Below, one piece after another: positions 61,416 to 64,000 of a stretch of 64,000 nucleotides of DNA. The position numbers were made by a program, and so were the translations under genes. The notes under the pieces were generated by a model. That model saw only the letters and a program-made list of their open reading frames with translations. It was not told the DNA's origin and ran no database searches. The DNA is from an uncultured Gaiellaceae bacterium (GTDB taxonomy: Bacteria > Actinomycetota > Thermoleophilia > Gaiellales > Gaiellaceae). Location of the stretch: NCBI GenBank assembly GCA_963787855.1, contig CAWBER010000010.1, positions 14,066-78,065 on the forward strand, in the 5' to 3' direction. Positions within the stretch are counted from its first letter, which is position 1. Each line of letters begins with the position of its first letter.

Positions 61416-62258
61416 GTGGTCGCACGTGTCTGGGGTTGTCGGGGCTCACTCCCGACGCCCGGCAAGTCCACGGTGCGGTACGGGGGGAACACGACCTGCG
61501 TGGAGATCCGTTGCGGCGACCGAGTGACCGTGATCCTCGACGCAGGCACCGGCATCAAACGCCTGGGAGAACAGCTCGAAACGAGCGCAGAGATCCACGT
61601 GCTCCTCACGCACCTACACCTCGACCACGTGGAGGGACTCCGCTTCTTCGCGCCACTGTGGCGGGCCGAGGGCGACGTCCACATCTGGGGGCCGCCCTCG
61701 CCGGTGCACTCACTACAGGAGCGCATCGCCAGGTCGTTCTCGCCGCCGCTCTTTCCGGTCAACCTCGGAGACATCCCGGCGACCGTCGTGTTCCACGACG
61801 TTCCGGACGAGCCCTGGGAGCTCGACGGCATCCGGATCCTCGCGCAGGCGGTCTCCCATCCGGGATCGACGGTGGGGTTCCGGCTCGAGCACGGAGGCCG
61901 CTCACTCGCGTTCATCCCCGACCACGAGCCTGTCCTGGGCATCGAGCTCGCGACGCTCAATCCCGAGTGGATCTCCGGCCATGCGCTCGCCGACGACGTG
62001 GACATTCTCCTCCACGACAGCCAGTTCACCGAGGACGAGTACCCAGACCGCGTCGGGTGGGGGCACTCGAGCGTGGCGCATGCCGTCGGCTTCGCGCGGA
62101 AGGCAAAGGCCGGGCGGCTCGTGCTCTTCCATCACGACCCGGATCGTTCCGACGCTCAGGTCGACCGACTGGCCGAGCGCGCCGCGGAGCTTTGGGATGG
62201 GAACGGCTCACACGCTCCGCTCGCCGCGTGCGAGGGGATGACGATCGACCTCAGCTGA
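61416..62258 (+). CDS. MBL-fold metallo-hydrolase (Lactamase_B_2 / PhnP- or cNMP-phosphodiesterase-like)
   Basis: VLLTHLHLDHVEGL (HxHxDH), later GHS and HHD ligands. Starts 1 nt after the PAS gene. Confidence 0.85.
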   Translation: MVARVWGCRGSLPTPGKSTVRYGGNTTCVEIRCGDRVTVILDAGTGIKRLGEQLETSAEIHVLLTHLHLDHVEGLRFFAPLWRAEGDVHIWGPPSPVHSLQERIARSFSPPLFPVNLGDIPATVVFHDVPDEPWELDGIRILAQAVSHPGSTVGFRLEHGGRSLAFIPDHEPVLGIELATLNPEWISGHALADDVDILLHDSQFTEDEYPDRVGWGHSSVAHAVGFARKAKAGRLVLFHHDPDRSDAQVDRLAERAAELWDGNGSHAPLAACEGMTIDLS

Positions 62259-62360
62259 GTCCGAGCAGGAAGTCGCTCGTCTGGACCCGTGACGACGCGC
62301 GGCACACCTCTTCGAGCCGGTCCCGCTCCTGCTGGTGTCCGACCGGCTTACCTACGTGGG

Positions 62361-62391
62361 GGTTGGCCCCGACGCTGGGTCGGGGCCAACC
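62361..62391. terminator. 13-bp perfect hairpin between convergent genes
   Basis: ggttggccccgac-gctgg-gtcggggccaacc. Confidence 0.5.
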
Positions 62392-62405
62392 GGTGTTACT
62401 CGCTC

Positions 62406-62783
62406 CTAGGGCCCGGAGAGGAAACCGGTGTTGCCGTTGCAGGCCGCGCCGGGATGGGGAAAAGCCTCAGGGTCAGGCGGGTTGCTGCGATTCTCCGCGC
62501 TCGGATCAGCAGCGCCCGACTTGACGTCCTGCCCGTAGGACTGCGTCTTACCTGGAGGATTTGCCGGATCCGTGCTGTCAGGATCGTCGTTCTGTCCGGA
62601 GAACGCGCAGATCGAGTTGGCGTTTGCGTTCTGACCCGTCTTGCAGTTCTCCGCAGCTTGAGACCCCTCCTTGGCGTTATTGCAGTTCCCAGTCACCTCA
62701 CCAGCGGATGCGGCACCCGCACCCAAACCCGCCGCGACGGCGGCTGCGAAGGTCGCAATCGCCAGCAATGACCGCTTGCGCAT
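62406..62783 (-). CDS. Small secreted low-complexity protein with four Cys
   Basis: GGGAGAGGGGGAAAG precedes ATG 62783. Signal peptide MRKRSLLAIATFAAAVAAGLGAGAASA, then an Asn/Asp/Pro-rich mature part. No family recognised. Confidence 0.5.
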   Translation of the reverse strand: MRKRSLLAIATFAAAVAAGLGAGAASAGEVTGNCNNAKEGSQAAENCKTGQNANANSICAFSGQNDDPDSTDPANPPGKTQSYGQDVKSGAADPSAENRSNPPDPEAFPHPGAACNGNTGFLSGP

Positions 62784-62989
62784 GTCTTTCCCCCTCTCCC
62801 CAGTTGTTGATCGGCGCCAGATCGGCGCCAAGGCGGAACGTACTCGTGCGACCGCGTGTCGTCAACAGTTCCTGACGAGGATGCCGGCGAGGTCAGCGGA
62901 AACGGCAAGGACACAACTTGCGAACGCCAGAAGCAGCAAGCCGCTAGCTCGAGCCCGCTCCGAGTGCCTTACACGCCACAATCCACGGC

Positions 62990-64000
62990 ATGACCGCCGC
63001 GCCCGAACCGAGCACCGAGACCGTCGTCATGAAGTTCGGCGGCTCCTCGGTCGCCGACCCGGACAAGATCAAGCATGTCGCGCATCGGCTCGTCGAGGCC
63101 CGCGAGCGCGGCGTCCGCGTCGTCGCGACGGTCTCGGCTATGGGGGACGCGACCGACGGTCTGCTCGAGCTCGCCCGGCAGGTCTCGGCGGATCCACACC
63201 CGCGCGAGCTCGACATGCTGCTCTCGACGGGCGAACGGATCTCGTGTGCCCTCGTCGCGATGGCGGTGCACGACCTCGGCTACGAGGCCGTGTCCTTCAC
63301 CGGCTCGCAGGCCGGGATCATCACCGACCCCGTCCACACGAAGGCGAAGATCCGCGAGATCACGCCTGTCCGCGTGCTCGAGGCGCTCGAGCGCGGCAGG
63401 ATCGTCCTGGTCGCCGGCTACCAGGGCTTCTCGCGCGACACGATGGACGTGACGACGCTCGGCCGCGGCGGCACCGATGCGACCGCGGTCGCGCTCGCCG
63501 CCGCGCTCGGCGGCTCGTGCGAGATCTACTCCGACGTCGAGGGCGTCTTCACGGCAGACCCGCGGATTGTCCCGGACGCGCGGAAGCTCGACCGCGTCTC
63601 GTACGAGGAGATGCTCGAGATGGCAGCCTCGGGCGCAAAGGTGTTGATGCTCCGCGCAGTCGAGATAGCTCGCAACCAGAACGTCCCCATCCACGCGCGC
63701 TCGACCTTCTCGAACGACGCGGGGACGTGGATCGCTCACCCGGAGGGGCTCGAGCAGCCGATCGTCTCCGCCGTCACGCACTCGGAGGACGAGGTTGTCT
63801 TCTCGCTCCGGAACGTCCCGGACCGCCCGGGCACCGCGGCGGCGATCTTCGACGCCATCGCTGCCGAGCACGTGAATGTGGACACGATCCTCCAGAACGT
63901 CGTGCACGACGCGGCCGAGCTGTCCTTTTCCGTGCCGCAGGACGACGTCTCGGCAACCCGCCGCGCACTCGCCGAAGCACAGGGCGCGATCGGCATGCTC
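62990..64000 (+). CDS. Aspartate kinase (3' end outside the window)
   Basis: [43 protein letters not shown], and start of the ACT region. The frame is open to the window end. An alternative ATG is at 63029. Confidence 0.9.
   Translation, partial: MTAAPEPSTETVVMKFGGSSVADPDKIKHVAHRLVEARERGVRVVATVSAMGDATDGLLELARQVSADPHPRELDMLLSTGERISCALVAMAVHDLGYEAVSFTGSQAGIITDPVHTKAKIREITPVRVLEALERGRIVLVAGYQGFSRDTMDVTTLGRGGTDATAVALAAALGGSCEIYSDVEGVFTADPRIVPDARKLDRVSYEEMLEMAASGAKVLMLRAVEIARNQNVPIHARSTFSNDAGTWIAHPEGLEQPIVSAVTHSEDEVVFSLRNVPDRPGTAAAIFDAIAAEHVNVDTILQNVVHDAAELSFSVPQDDVSATRRALAEAQGAIGML

Overview
GC-rich (about 70% by eye), densely coding segment that looks like an actinobacterial chromosome; the Thermoleophilia/Solirubrobacter-like assignment is only a guess from gene content. 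I saw no rRNA, CRISPR array, transposase or integrase.

Gene content in order:
- 1-10.3 kb: peptide-type ABC importer end, then a catabolic cluster with a BHMT-like methyltransferase, GATase, two Zn-ADHs (one frameshifted), an Fae-like protein, an enolase-superfamily enzyme, an OCD-family enzyme and a HAL-like protein lacking the MIO serine.
- 10.5-14.1 kb: a type IV pilin next to a truncated prepilin peptidase, a geranylgeranyl-reductase-like flavoprotein, and a secreted TolB-propeller/lysyl-oxidase fusion.
- 14.2-24.5 kb: tRNA-Tyr and tRNA-Thr, then an accessory stretch bounded by three direct copies of the tRNA-Thr 3' half. It carries an indel-riddled adenylate-cyclase/AAA/TPR gene, an indel-riddled giant repeat adhesin, a Crp/Fnr regulator and an M1 peptidase.
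- 24.6-48.8 kb: housekeeping genes, including a chorismate hub (tyrA, DAHP synthase, pheA, chorismate mutase, TrpG/TrpE-like), a YciI plus sigma-factor pair, a PaaK-VOC fusion operon, dodecin, and MFS/HxlR.
- 48.8-52.7 kb: a mosaic S1-protease/FN3/jelly-roll gene built from near-identical 0.88-kb tandem repeats and broken by indels.
- 52.8-57.5 kb: a tightly coupled four-gene operon of an AP-superfamily 'sulfatase' with a Thr nucleophile, 2-oxoacid dehydrogenase E1 alpha and E1 beta, and an E2-like lipoyl carrier.
- 57.8-64.0 kb: MFS, TOPRIM, NPP-type, PAS and MBL genes, and the start of aspartate kinase.

The best candidate for something new is the E2-like protein at 52.8-54.4 kb. Its catalytic core is replaced by a hexapeptide (LbH) acyltransferase.

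Caveat: frameshifts cluster in repeated DNA, so assembly error and genuine gene decay cannot be separated from this sequence alone.
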